DNA from: Octopus sinensis
Taxonomy: Eukaryota
DNA length: 64,000 nt
Assembly: GCF_006345805.1 (NCBI RefSeq)
Contig: NC_043002.1
Span: forward strand, 31,062,001-31,126,000
Direction of reading: 5' to 3'
Shown here: one piece after another, positions 26,590-40,602 of the stretch
Position numbering within the stretch: the first letter of the stretch is position 1
How the letters are laid out: every line of letters starts with the position of its first letter
Notes under the pieces: model-generated
What the model was told of the DNA's origin: nothing
Database searches by the model: none
The model's input: the letters and a program-made list of their open reading frames with translations, nothing else
Translations under genes and position numbers: made by a program

Positions 26590-26750
26590 TTATCGGCATT
26601 CCTTCCGTATTTACGTTCTGGGCTCAAAATCAACCATGGTCAACGTTGTCATTTATCTTTTCAAGGTCGATAAAATAAGTAGCAATTGAAAACTGGGATC
26701 GATGTAATTGACTCTTCAAATATTGCTGGCATTAAGCCAAAATTAGAAAG
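26590..26750 (+). mobile_element. Old diverged SINE family A
   Basis: TACGTTCTGGGCTCAAAAT, GGTCGATAAAATAAGTA, GATCGATGTAATTGAC. Confidence 0.6.
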
Positions 26751-27374
26751 GATTATTATGACGCCATTGAGGGACATTGTATAGCTGATTTTAGTTGTAA
26801 GATAAACGCTGCAAAGTGTGTGCTATATCGTGTGGATCATCCTTCTATCATTCCTTAGAAGGGGCTGCAACCAATTTTCCTCTACGTGAGAATTTTGTAT
26901 AAAGTTTTATATTGACCAGCATACAAACATTTGGAGAGTGATATTTCTCCTCTTTCACCAGGCCGATATCAAGTATACAATTTACAAAATCCCATTTACA
27001 TAAGTAAATAATATTGAAAAAAGACAAACTACATTCCAGAAAATTTGCTGCGAGGGTGGTACTGGTAGTGAGTATTACACGGTGAATGAGGTTAAACGAA
27101 GCATTTGCTAATGGGTTAAGAAGGATATTTGAAAGAGAGTTCTTGCCTTTAGTATACAAATTTAAGCAAGATCACTGGTATTGCATAAGGGGTCACATTC
27201 TTAGGCCATTTGATGTTACTCCCTTTATATATTGTAATTTTTTGATAACGCTTTATCACAATCGTTTATGTATCCCACTTCCGCAATCAAAATAGTCTTA
27301 TCTTTTCAACCGTGAAACTTTTAATACTGAAAAAATTAGAAAAATAATCACAGTAATAATAAAAAGAACAAAAA

Positions 27375-27415
27375 CACTGCTACTACAACTACTACTACTA
27401 CTACTACTACTACTA

Positions 27416-27448
<33 letters not shown>

Positions 27449-27573
27449 CACAACCACAACCACCACCACTACTACTACTACTATTACTATGCTGCTGCTA
27501 CTAACAATAATGGTAATAATTACAAAAATAAGACAAAAACAACAATAACAATAAAAATAATGTTGAAAATGAC

Positions 27574-27639
<66 letters not shown>

Positions 27640-27810
27640 AAGAAGAAGAAGAAGAAGAATGATTTCATTTATTTGCCACAAGGGCGAAGAATGAGAGGAC
27701 AATAACATTAATAATAACAAGAACAGCAATAATTATAATTAAAATCATAATTGTGATGATGGTGATGACGACGATGACGACGACGACGACGATGACGACG
27801 ACGACGACGG

Positions 27811-27879
<69 letters not shown>

Positions 27880-28135
27880 GGATGATGATGATGATGATGA
27901 GATGATGATGATGATGATGAAGAAGTCACATATAAGTATCATTACAACTGACACTTGTTCTTGTTTTGATATTCTTATAGGTCTTTTGACATTTCTTCTT
28001 TCCGCATTTGACATCACCTTTCTTAGTTTTTGCATTGTTATTAAATAGTATTGTTATTATCACTCTTATTATTAAATATATTTACCAACAGCACTATTAT
28101 TGCTTTCATCATCACACTTATCATTATTATTTTCA

Positions 28136-28211
<76 letters not shown>

Positions 28212-28300
28212 CATTATTATTATTATAATTATCCTTATTATTTTCAATGTTATTATTAGTATAATTTTTTATTGTTATTGTTGTTGTTGTTATATCACCA
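27375..28300. repeat. Compound trinucleotide microsatellites (CTA, AAT, GAA, GAT, TTA)
   Basis: Directly visible. Confidence 0.95.
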
Positions 28301-28643
28301 ACGTCATTACTGCATGTATGGATAGTATTTTCGTTTTTCTTTAAATAAGAAAATGAAACAAATTTGATTACCTAGCCAAATAATGTCTTTAAAATAAACA
28401 AACGTATATTACATGCAAATAAAAAGAAACAGAAGCACCTATATGCACTCACATATACATTACACACACAAAGTATACATACATCCACACACACTCTCAC
28501 ACATATATGCACATTTTGCAATATAGGAGAATATTTCTCTGTATTTCTATAGATACATATACTAGTTTGTATGTAAACATAGTTAATTGCTAATAGTTGT
28601 TAAGAAGAAATATATTCATATCATATGCGTATATATATTATAT

Positions 28644-28687
<44 letters not shown>

Positions 28688-28712
28688 TACATAAATACAT
28701 ATACATATATAA

Positions 28713-28747
<35 letters not shown>

Positions 28748-28848
28748 TATATACATATACAATTATACACTTACATGCATATATATATATACACAGACAC
28801 ATATATATATATATACATACACACACACATATATATATATACATACAA

Positions 28849-28880
<32 letters not shown>

Positions 28881-28977
28881 TATATATATATATATACATA
28901 CCTATATATATATGTATATATGCATGTATATATAGGTATATATAGTTTTTACAAGCGTGTATATATATGTATACATG

Positions 28978-29035
<58 letters not shown>

Positions 29036-29739
29036 CACATACATATATGAATATATTTCTCCTTAACAACTATGAGCAATTAACTACATTTACATACAAA
29101 CTCGTATATGTATCTATAGAATTACACAGAAACATACTCGTGCACATATTTATGCACATATCTGTATTCATTTATTCTTTTGTGTTTGTGTATAAGCCTT
29201 TATTTGGTTGTGTTTTTTGGATGCATACGCGTGTGTGCCTCTGTGTGTGTGCTTGTGTCTGTGTATCAGTGTGTATCAGTGTGTGTGTGTACGTGTGTGT
29301 ACGTGTGTATGTTTATGTGCAGTAATCGCATTGTGATTTATTTGCAGTTGAATAAAAACAAATACGAAAAAGGAAAAGTAGTATAAAAAAATAAAACAAT
29401 CCACGTAAAAATGTTTTGTTAAAGAACTGATATAAAATTTGATTTGGGAGAATCTGTAAACAAAGAAGCTTACCTCAGCCTACCCCTCGCATCATCCACT
29501 TCCGAACGAATAAACAAAACATATAAATAAAATTCGGGGAGAAGAAAAAACTTGAACAAAAACTTGTAGAAATGACGATAACAAACAGGAGAGATAAGGT
29601 GACAGAAAATTAAACAGAAAAATATATAGAAAAATTTAAAACAATAAAATCTATAACAACTACCTTGTGAAAGGAAAAATAGCTTGAGTATAAGAATGAT
29701 TATAGTTTTAGCATTAGTACCATTATTCTTATTATCTTT

Positions 29740-30500
<761 letters not shown>

Positions 30501-30969
30501 GACAAATAGTCGTAATAGTTATACTAGTATACTTCTTGTTAATTACTGTAATAAAAATAATATTGATGATAAAGGAAGACGCCCATATACACACAGACGC
30601 AATATTAACAAAGGTAACAACAAAATGAATAATATCAATCATAACAATAATAATGATACAAAGAATATTTATAATGTAAAAAGAAAAACAATAAAATAGG
30701 TAGATAAAGGAACAATATTTTATAGCATGGAAAACTTATAAAATCTAAAATATATCACTTGCTGGATTAGTAATTATTCAGTTGTATTTCATTTTGAAAA
30801 CAATTGTTTAAACTAGCTAAAGCAGGAATATATATGCAGAAACTTTAGTTGTCTCAATTCGATATAACATACGTTACTACTGCCAGTAAGCCCTCCTCTC
30901 CCTGCATTGTGCTTTGTCGAGATGACAAGGATCATTGTTACTGCAGTTATTATTGTTATTTATAAATGA

Positions 30970-31534
30970 TTGGGTTGTCCGGAAAGTTCGTGCCGATTGT
31001 AGTAGCTTACCTTTCGACTTATTTTAAAACAAGGTTGAGTCCATAAAATAGGATTTGACTACACTTCCATTTAGAGTATAATTTAAGCTATCTTTTCGTG
31101 GAAGAAGGTTTATGTTCCTATCATTTGTGTTAATTTTGTAACCCTTTAAAATGGAAGATAAGAAAGTTCATTTTTGGCTCTTGATGATTTGGGAACCAGA
31201 CAAAAATTGCTTCAGCTCGGCTGGGATGTGTTACCCCACACTCCATATTCACCAGATAATGCTCCTTCGAATTTCCACTTATTCATGTCTTTGCAGAAAA
31301 AGTTTTAATGGTAAAAATTTCAATTCCTTAGATGACGTAAAAAGATACCTTAATGAATTCTTTGCCAGGAAACCACCTCAGTTCTGGAAAGGGGATATTT
31401 TCAAGTTAAAGAAAAGATGGAGACGCATTGTACAACAAAATGGTTCATATTTGTTTGATTAAAAATGTAATGGCGAGTATTTATTGACCATTTTCTTTCC
31501 TTTAAAGATCGACACGAACTTCCGGACAACCCAA
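30970..31534 (+). mobile_element. Internally deleted mariner element with both TIRs
   Basis: TIRs TTGGGTTGTCCGGAAAGTTCGTG / CACGAACTTCCGGACAACCCAA+TA; N-term MEDKKVHF joined out of frame to LGWDVLPHTPYSPD and C-term FWKGDIFKLKKRWRRIVQQNGSY. Confidence 0.93.
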
Positions 31535-31692
31535 TATATGCTTGTGATTTATTGATATGATGCTGATGCCTAAGGCCTGAGATTATTTTCAAGGATCGAA
31601 CAACAAGAGATGTTTTTCGAACCCAATCTGTTATAGTTGTACTATTTTCTTTTCAGTTATATACAAAATACCTGATGTTTGAAGATGAGTTT

Positions 31693-31830
31693 GCTAGACG
31701 ATTACATCGATACAAGTGCTCAATTGATGTTTATTTCATCGACCCCGAAATGATGAAAGACAAATTGGACCTCAGCGGTGTTTGAAACCAGAATGTACAG
31801 CATGATGTCTGGCGTGTTAATAATTTTGCC
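31693..31830 (-). mobile_element. Old SINE family A fragment
   Basis: GATTACATCGA, TCGACCCCGAAATGATGAAAG segments. Confidence 0.65.
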
Positions 31831-32257
31831 ATTTATTTTTGAACTATTAAGTCTAAGATCTGTTGCAGCATAATCGCCACAACATACGAAGCCGAAAAGG
31901 TAGCTATGAGATGGAATTATGTATGGTAAATAGTGTCTAATCAGGGCATTTCTTAAGATATCAAAAGTTGTTTCTCGTATATTGAAAACTAGCCTTCAGG
32001 TTTGGGACGAAACCCTACTTTTACCAAAATGTGATGATTTGCCGGGAGTTTAGAGAAGGATACACACTAAGCAGTATGAGGTAATCACATCCTGGGAATA
32101 GTGCAAAGGAGTCTATACCCAAACACAATCTCACCAGAGAGTAAATATTTTCTTTGAGGAATAATAGTTAAAATATGCTACAGTAATGTGGGATTTAGTC
32201 AATCAATCAAAAGTGTCTAAACAATTTTGCCTCTCAATGGAAGAAAGCTATGTTAAT

Positions 32258-32538
32258 TATTTCTTTATTGCCCACATGGGGTTACACATAAAAGGGACAA
32301 CAAGGTATTAAATTGATTACATCGACCCCAGTGAGTGATTGTCATTTAATTTATCGACACCGAAAGGATGAAAGGCAAAGTCGACCTCGGGGGAATTTGA
32401 ACTCAGAACGTAACGGCAGACGAAATACCTATTTCTTTACTACCCACAAGGGGCTAAACAGAGAAGGGACAAACAAGGACAGACAAACGGATTAAGTCGA
32501 TTACATCGACCCCAGTACGTAACTGGTAGTTAATTTAT
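32258..32538 (-). mobile_element. SINE family A head-to-tail dimer
   Basis: Junction GACGAAATAC-C-TATTTCTTT at ~32429, same as at ~3007. Confidence 0.9.
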
Positions 32539-34105
32539 CTTCAAGATCCGCCAACAAAAAGTGAACCACTTGATATTCGTGGATAATCTGAAACTTTATG
32601 GTAAAGGTTCATCCCAAGTCAGTTCCCTCGTTTATACGGTCTATACTTTCAGTGCTGATATCAGAATGGATTTCGGACTGAGAAAGTGTTGTGGGTTAGT
32701 CTTGAAGAGAGGCAAAATCAAATGCATGAACGGCTAGCATCGGAAGAAGTTATGAAACAAATAGAAGAGACAGGGTTATAAGTACTTGAGGATTTTCGAA
32801 ATGGATAAATTGATGGAGAAAGAAATGAGAGAAAAATTTACGGTGGAGTTCTTGCTAAGACTGAGACAGACACTTAAGTCGAAATTAAACGGACGGAATA
32901 AGATTGAAGCTATCAACATCTGGGCGGTTTCACTCCTTGGATATAGAGTAGGAGTAATTGTATGGACAGTAGACGAACGAAACAGCTTAGACAGAAATAT
33001 AAGGAAGATATAGGATACTCCACTAGATATAGGATACTCCACTAGATATAGGATACTCCACCCAAAACGTGACACAGACAGACTAAGAAAAAGAGGGAGA
33101 AATGGACTGATTGGATGCAAACAGAGCATTAGAATAGAAGAAAACAGCATAGCATGGTATGTATAAAATGCCACAGAACCGTTATTGATGGAATGAAAAA
33201 GGTTAGGCTTATGTAGGACGGAAGATAGCAAAGATAAAGTACTGTACAATCATTTGAAAATGAATGAAACTTAAAATAGGTGGATAAAGAAAAGAATTCA
33301 TGGACAATTTCATAGGGATGTTTATGATAAAACAGACAAAGAGGATGGCTATGGATGATTAAAAGTGATTTAAAACCGAAAACGTAGTCTCTAATCTGTG
33401 CTGCCTAAGAGCAAGCATTAAGAACCAATTACATCAAATACAGAACAGGCAACTCACCAGTAAGTAGTAAGTGCAGAATTCGTGAACAAAATGGTGAAAC
33501 CGTATGGCATATAACCAGTCAATGTACGCTACTAGTCCAGAAAGAATATAAGAGATGTCATGACAATATACCAAGGACATTTTTCAACGAGTATGGATTT
33601 GATAGATCAAAAAAGTGGGTACAAACATAAACCCGATGGCATCATCGAAAATGATAATGGAAAGATCCTATGGGGTTTTATGATTCAGTGCGACCATGAG
33701 ATGAAGATTAGGAAACCGGACATAGTGTTAATTGAGAAATAAAGCAAACGATGCTGGATCATAGATATAGCATACCCAACTGACAACAAGGTATGCGATA
33801 AGGAAGAAAGAAAAGTGGATAGATATAACAGGTTAGCTTGGGAAGTTAATCAGTTGCTCTCGCTAAAAAATTTGTTGTGGTACCAATAATTCTCGGAGCC
33901 CTGGGAACAGTGAGTAAAAATCTTGAGAAATACATGGAACAAATAGGGGCTGCAATAAGGGTGGAGCACTTGCCTAAAACAGCCCTGCTTGGAACCGTAT
34001 GAATACTCCGGATGTTGCACGAAAATAAGGGGTGTTACCTTAGTTCACTGGTAGTGAACAGCTGACAGCGTTGTACATCTCCAACGTTAGAAACTGCGTA
34101 CAGGC
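32539..34105 (+). mobile_element. 5'-truncated, degraded R4/Dong-type LINE, family 2
   Basis: KVNHLIFVDNLKLY (RT), DFGLRKC, KSKLNGRNKIEAINIWAVS, CRI..ETVWHITSQC, KPDIVLIEK..IDIAYP; (AAT)n tail; internal 19-bp tandem at ~33010-33060. Confidence 0.93.
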
Positions 34106-34117
34106 AATAATAATATA

Positions 34118-34149
<32 letters not shown>

Positions 34150-34190
34150 TAATAATAATAATAATGATAATAATGATAATAATAATAATA

Positions 34191-34222
<32 letters not shown>

Positions 34223-34443
34223 TAATAATAATAATAATAAGATGAAGAAGAAGAAGAAGAAGAAGAAAAAGGAAGAGGAGGACTTAATGGTTGAAAGACT
34301 TATCCATATGGAAATAGACCCTTAATTGTGTAGTGAGTAGCCTAATCACAAGCTTAGATTTTGTCTTGTAGCCCAAAGACGTTTACAAAAAGAACATGTG
34401 ATTGATTATAAGTATCACACGTAAACTATAGACCAAAGTATTT

Positions 34444-34657
34444 GTTTCTTCATTACCCACAAGGGGCTAAACACAGAGGGGACAAACAAGGACAGACAAA
34501 CGAATTAAGTCGATTATATCGACCCCAGTGCGTAACTGGTACTTAATTTATCGAGCCCGAAAGGATGAAAGGCAACGACGGAATTGAACTCAGAACGTAG
34601 CAGCAGACGAAATACGGCTACGCATTTCGGCCGGCATGTTAACGTTTCTGCCAGCTC
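34444..34657 (-). mobile_element. SINE family A with 7-bp TSD
   Basis: AGTATTT at 34437-34443 and 34658-34664. Confidence 0.9.
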
Positions 34658-35539
34658 AGTATTTTTCGTACAGTGAAGGCTATAAAGCTATTCGGGGTTA
34701 ATACTGATGCTAGTTACATGAGCAAGTATGTTACTGAATGCTTACTTCATGTATACGTGTTTAATGAATAAGCCATTCTGAAGCCAGCAGGCTATTTGGT
34801 TTTATTTCATTTTAACACTTTCATGTGGGTTAGTGTGACAGGAGTAGAAAGCTATTTCATGAACTCATTCTTTTAATTCCCTACGATAAATATGTCATAG
34901 GAAGCAAAACTTCATTTGTTATGTAGAAGAAAAGTTAGTCACAGTGAAGACATTATCAAATGAGGATTCTCTATAGGAGCATAGCCAAAATATATTTAAA
35001 ATCTTTATCAAATCATTCCTTAAATCGTAGAGATGACAATGTCTTGCTTTCCTGTGGTTCAGGTTGGTAAGGCTGTATATACTGACCAATAGAGTACATA
35101 ATTCAATGGAGTCAGCAAATTATTTTTCATCTGTTAGTTAGTGGAATGACGAAGTTTATTAAATCATAAGTAATATATCGGTACGACAGTAATTTTCTTG
35201 GAAGCATCGATATTCAACACAATATTTATAAGAGATGAAAAAATGAACTATTTTCACAGAAATATGCACACCCATTTAAATAGCCTCTGAGCCAACGCTG
35301 GTCACGATTAGTTGCTCTCTCGTTTCCATATAAGCGTTATAGAACCAAAGCCGAAAATGACAATTATGAGGACACTGCCCACCAGACAAATCCCAAGTAG
35401 ATCCGTCACATTTGTGTTGCTTGTCTAAACTCACACAAACGAGAAATTCGGATTAGTGACGGAGTGAATTATTAACTACAGATGAATAAATGGATGGAAT
35501 TAACACATCCTTTCGTTTACGGAATTTCTATACTACGTG

Positions 35540-35822
35540 AAGTTAAATGAATATGGAATTCATGAGGAACTAAGCTTCACGGTACAGAATTCCACATTAC
35601 GTTAAAGTTTTATGAAATTCAACGTTTTAGCAATGCGTGAGATGTATGTTTGTATATTGGTTAAATATTCTACAGATTGCTAGAACAGGGAGACACTCAC
35701 CCAAATGTATTATAAAAGCGTACAAACACACATATGATATTTATATCATATATGTGTTAACGTAATGTGGAATTCTGTAACGTGAAGCTTATTTCCTCAT
35801 GAATTCCATATTGATTTAACTT
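35540..35822. mobile_element. MITE with ~66-bp TIRs
   Basis: 35540-35605 vs reverse complement of 35757-35822, 3 mismatches by eye. Confidence 0.85.
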
Positions 35823-35838
35823 TATATGCATGCTTGCA

Positions 35839-35906
<68 letters not shown>

Positions 35907-35924
35907 ATATATATTATATATATA

Positions 35925-36130
35925 TAAAGTTAATCCAAACAAGAAAACAAAAACAAAACACAGCAATGCGAGGACGTGGAACATATAAAGTATTATTGGA
36001 CGCTCAGGAAAGAAGGGAAGTAGGAGGGTTTAACGTTTCGAGCGGAGCTCTTCGTCGGAAACAAAGAACAAGGAAAGATCCCGAGAAGGGAAGACAGAGG
36101 AAAAAATTGCTGGCGGTGCTCACGAGGTCA
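35925..36130 (-). mobile_element. Penelope-like terminal-repeat fragment flanked by (TA)n
   Basis: Resembles 10152-10330 (AACGCT(C/T)AGGAA..AACGTTTCGAGC..GCTCTTC); carries a hammerhead-like motif. Confidence 0.6.
36027..36062 (-). ncRNA. Minimal type I hammerhead ribozyme-like motif
   Basis: GTTT-CCGACGA-A-GAGC-TCC-GCTC-GAAA-C-GTT-AAAC: stem I 4 bp, stem II 4 bp, palindromic AACGTT stem III, one core change (U4>C). Confidence 0.55.
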
Positions 36131-36193
36131 CATATATATTATATATATATATATATACACATATACATATATATATATATGCATACGTATATA

Positions 36194-36224
<31 letters not shown>

Positions 36225-36388
36225 ATACTATATATAATATATATATATAATTATATATTACATGTAATATACATAAATGTATATATTTACATAGGGGGCG
36301 GAGAGAGATACACATACATACACTCAAATTAACACACACACTCACAAACATACACACGCACATTTATATTTTCCAACCACCTTTGTGT

Positions 36389-36424
36389 TATACTGATGAA
36401 GGACTAGCGTCCGAACCGTCGAGA
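36389..36424 (+). ncRNA. Minimal hammerhead ribozyme-like motif (degenerate)
   Basis: CTGATGA-A-GGAC-TAGC-GTCC-GAAC-C-GTC: perfect CUGAUGA and stem II, GAAC instead of GAAA, stem I poor. Confidence 0.5.
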
Positions 36425-37751
36425 GCCATTCGCTTGTCGTTTATCATAAAAATAATACGAAATCTGTTAAATCATGTCGTGTTGTTTTTGTGCTAATTGC
36501 TTTATTAATATCTGTGTTGTTTGTCTATATCTTTTTTGTGTATGCTAGTGTATGTGTTTATGCAGACATTGATATATGATGTGATGTTAGTTGATGAATG
36601 AAACATACGAGATATTTAGGGTAGGAGAGACTCAATACTGACAGCTCAGTAAATTGTGTTATAATTTCTACGCACTAAGAAACACTTGAACTTTTGTGAA
36701 ATAAGATGTTTTTCTAGTTTCCAATCTCGGTATGACTCCATACGGCCTTTTATGTGTCTTTTCTTATAATCTCTATAACGCAAATCGAACTTCAATTCAC
36801 TTTTATCTACGAATTATTATATGTCACATATAGTAGTACATAGGCAGATTTATGATATAAATACGTAAATATTCACACTTATACACACGTATGCATAAAT
36901 ACATTTTCCCTTTATACTGCATGTATTTTTACATTTATCATGTGCCCCAACATGAGAGTCACCAACACCGCACATCAGCATCACTATCATTAGCACCTTA
37001 ATTAAGCGTTATTTTATTTATATATCTAAATCTCTAAAGGAATCTAGTGGAACCAATATCTTGTTAAAATCGTTATTTCCTTTGATCGCGGAATTAGAAT
37101 GTCTGAGGTAATAGTTTCTTAAGTTGCAGCAACCTGATTTTCCTCCAAATCAACGAAATTACTATCGCCATACCACCAACCACGACATCATCAACATCAA
37201 CACACCAACGCCATCACAACACCACCGCCACCACAACCACCACCACAACCACCACTACCACCACAACCACCACCATCACCACAACCACCACCAACACCAC
37301 CACTTTCACCAACACTACTACAACCACACCACCACTACCGCTTGTATTATTCTCACCTTTTTCGAATGGTTATCTCTTCGAAAACAGATTTGGAAGCTCT
37401 CGTCTCTGATAGTTTTGTGGCGATATCCTTTTTTTTTGTTATTGTGCGATCGTAGATAGCAAGAGCATGTCCTATCAGTTTCAACGCATTTGTGAGTATT
37501 GCGGTGCCTGCATATGATTGTACGTGTGTACAATTTGTACAATCCAAAGTCAAGATGCGTGTGTTTGTATCTAATGTTTGAGTATTGAAGAAATATATTT
37601 ATCACGTAAGCATGTTGTCACTGCTTGTATATAGTCGTATATATGATTGCATGTATACATATGCATGCATGCATGCATCCATCCATATATTATATATATA
37701 ATATATATATATATATATACACACATATATATGTGTGTGTGTCTGGGTGTA

Positions 37752-37799
<48 letters not shown>

Positions 37800-37984
37800 A
37801 TATATATATAATATATAGGTATATATATATGTATGCATCAATTGTAGTTCGAGAATACATGAAGTATATATACATGTACATAACGTAGGTAGGTCTACAA
37901 CTGCACATTTAGAAAACTTTGGTGCGGCGATTGAGCTGATGTGAAATTAATGTAATAATTGCTGAGAACAAAATAATGTCTTTA

Positions 37985-37987
37985 TAT

Positions 37988-38055
<68 letters not shown>

Positions 38056-38200
38056 CATGATCTTCACCACCAATACCACCATATGTATACATGCATGCAT
38101 GTATGTATGTATGTGTGTATGTATGTATGTATGTATGTATGTATGTATGTATGTATGTATGTATGTATGTATGTATGTATGCATGTATGTAAGTACGTAT
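37985..38200. repeat. (CAT)n then (TATG)n microsatellites
   Basis: Directly visible. Confidence 0.95.
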
Positions 38201-38546
38201 GCTTGCATGTATGAATGCATTATATGTAAGCAAGTATGCTTCACAATAATCCGGGAAATATATACACAACGTACAAAGGTCTAAAGCTATATGTTTAGAA
38301 GACTTGGTGCATAGAAAGAAGTGTTGTGAAATTATTGTAATGCTTACTTAAGATAGCGATAGGAAGTTTTTACATCACCGCAATCACCACATTTAAGGCT
38401 ATCTCTGAGTGTGTGTGTGAGGAGGTACATGCAAAAATTCAACATTTGATATAGAACTCAATATAGTGTGTCAAGTTGGTACTAATGTTGTTTATGTCGA
38501 AGGTTGTCGGTCTGCTCAAAGTTTGCCCGCTGAGAAAGAGGGACAC

Positions 38547-38577
<31 letters not shown>

Positions 38578-39170
38578 AAGGAGGGGAGGCGAGAAGGGAG
38601 AGAGAGGATATGTAAATACGGGGAGTATACCGAATTTAAATCAAATAGATAGTTTGCATCTCATATCTATATATCGATAGATTGGTGTGATGATATGCAA
38701 TGCCATGTAGATATTAAGAAATAGAAGAAAATTATTAGGCAGGGTGGGGAAAGATATTGCAAGACCACACTGTAAGGAATAGTATTTAGACTACAAGATT
38801 TTACACACTATATGGATAAACACGTGAAAATAAGGGGATCAGAATACATCGAACATAATGGCATTTTAATGGAAAGGTCATATAATGGCATTTTAATGGA
38901 AAGGACATATACTCATGAACTGATGATACGTGAAACCGTAGTGACACTATTTAAAAAATGCAATTAAACTTTTAGAGGTCATATTATATGTAGAATGCAA
39001 ATGAAAATAATGTACTGAATTGAAAAGGTCTAATTTGTCTGGAAATATATACTAGGAATGACACCAACGAAACTACTATCAAGAGCAGAAATACAATATT
39101 TTATTCCAGCTGATATTTTTCTGAGTATGAGGTCATTAAGAAAGCCAGTTTTAGTAAGACAGCACCTTAC

Positions 39171-39237
39171 CGAGCCCAGCTATATATTCCGCTGCGAGTT
39201 GAAGATAAAGGAGGAGTTTTTCTCTTGGATAGATAAT
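39171..39237 (-). other. Candidate 67-nt internal exon
   Basis: Minus strand: poly-T tract + GGCGTTATTGCAG acceptor, TCG|GTAAGG donor; two open frames (IIYPREKLLLYLQLAAEYIAGL or YLSKRKTPPLSSTRSGIYSWA). Confidence 0.35.
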
Positions 39238-39689
39238 CTGCAATAACGCCAAAAAAAAAAAAATCTCCATGAAAATATAGCTTGTTTTATTAATATAAAG
39301 GAATGATACATTGTGAGATAGGCATTATGTAAAATATGCATGCAGGAATGCCAAACTTTCTATGACAGTCAAGCATCGATTAAAGATTGACTCAATCTGG
39401 AGTGACTTGGTCTAAAGAACGAAAAGCAACAATGAAAATAGAAACATTAAAAACTACCGGAACAAATCAATGATAACAGTGGTATGTAATTCTTACACCT
39501 TGAACACAAAATTTACTAGATGGCAATGTAATATCATACGCAGTTCTCTAAACTCTTCTTCTAAAAATCCATTTGGAAGTGTAGTAAATTACCAAACCTC
39601 CTTTCTCTTCTCAGCACCTGAGAGAATCATAGGGACGTCATTGTGAACAACGGTGAGTCTTGAATATATTTAACTTGATGGTGCCAGAC

Positions 39690-40105
39690 GCTTTCCAGAG
39701 ATGTTTTCAGCTATACGTTTCTTGTGTGGTATCCCTGAAAGAAATTTATCCAGATATCGTTTGAAGGTGGTGGGATATATTTCTTCTTTGATCTGTTTCG
39801 AAATAACGTTAAACAGAGCAAAGTCTGTGGCAGAAACGTAATTGCAATGCCGTAATGCAATGCCGTTCTGTGATGTGAGCTGAAATGTTTAAGAGGACTA
39901 TAACCCGGGTTTCCATCCTTGGATGAATTCTGAATCTGATGTTAAAGTCATTTGAGCAATGCTCATAGCATATGATTCGCATTGTGCAGATGATGCACTG
40001 TTCACGGTCGACGTGGTGTGAATAAAATTGTAATGTTTTAAGGTGGTCTGAATAATCAAGATCAATGGTGTGGTATGTATATTGGGAGGAATATCTAATC
40101 ACTAA
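39690..40105 (-). mobile_element. Old CR1 3' fragment related to the 16923 element
   Basis: LDYSDHLKTLQFYS..REQCIICTM..HCSNDFNIRFRIHPRM aligns with LDYWDRLEKLKLYS..RERYIICMM..HCPNDVGITFKVHPRL; FKRYLDKFLSGIP vs FKKSLDRFLQEIP. Confidence 0.85.
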
Positions 40106-40569
40106 GCTGCAGAATAATGAATGGTATTAGAGAGATAAACTGATATAGATTGCTTCCAGCATAAGTTGTACACTTTCTCATGTCGTTAACCGAATGATAT
40201 ATTAAGGTACGAAACAACATCGAGTTAAGGATTTATCCCATAGGTCACAGCATATTATTTAACAAATGAGCAATTATATTAAACAGTGTACAAGGGTAGG
40301 GTAATTCGTAAATAAGGAAACGGTGGTTAGACATCGCAAATAATATTTATGTAAATCGACTGTATACAAGGCTGTCATATGCGTATATACACACACGCAA
40401 CACACACACACACTTCTATAATTAAATATATATAGATACACACATATGTATGTTTGCATATGCATATATAATATATATATATATATATAATATATATATA
40501 TATGTAGGTATGCATATACATATATATATAATCATATTTATATATATGTAGGTATGCATATACACACAG

Positions 40570-40602
<33 letters not shown>

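Noticed and set aside
27086-27295. Short protein-like ORFs here and at 14193-14438, 25493-25714, 12941-13100
   Set aside because: No recognisable motif or convincing splice context; expected by chance.
33010-33060. 19-bp tandem repeat (also 18 bp at 3346-3381 and 27 bp at 38855-38908)
   Set aside because: Two to three copy local slippage duplications, with no spacers or evident function.
39615-39652. Plus-strand exon-like segment (CTTCTCAG .. ACG|GTGAGT)
   Set aside because: Stops in all three frames and it abuts a CR1 remnant; at most non-coding. The 37455-37490 candidate is likewise unsupported.
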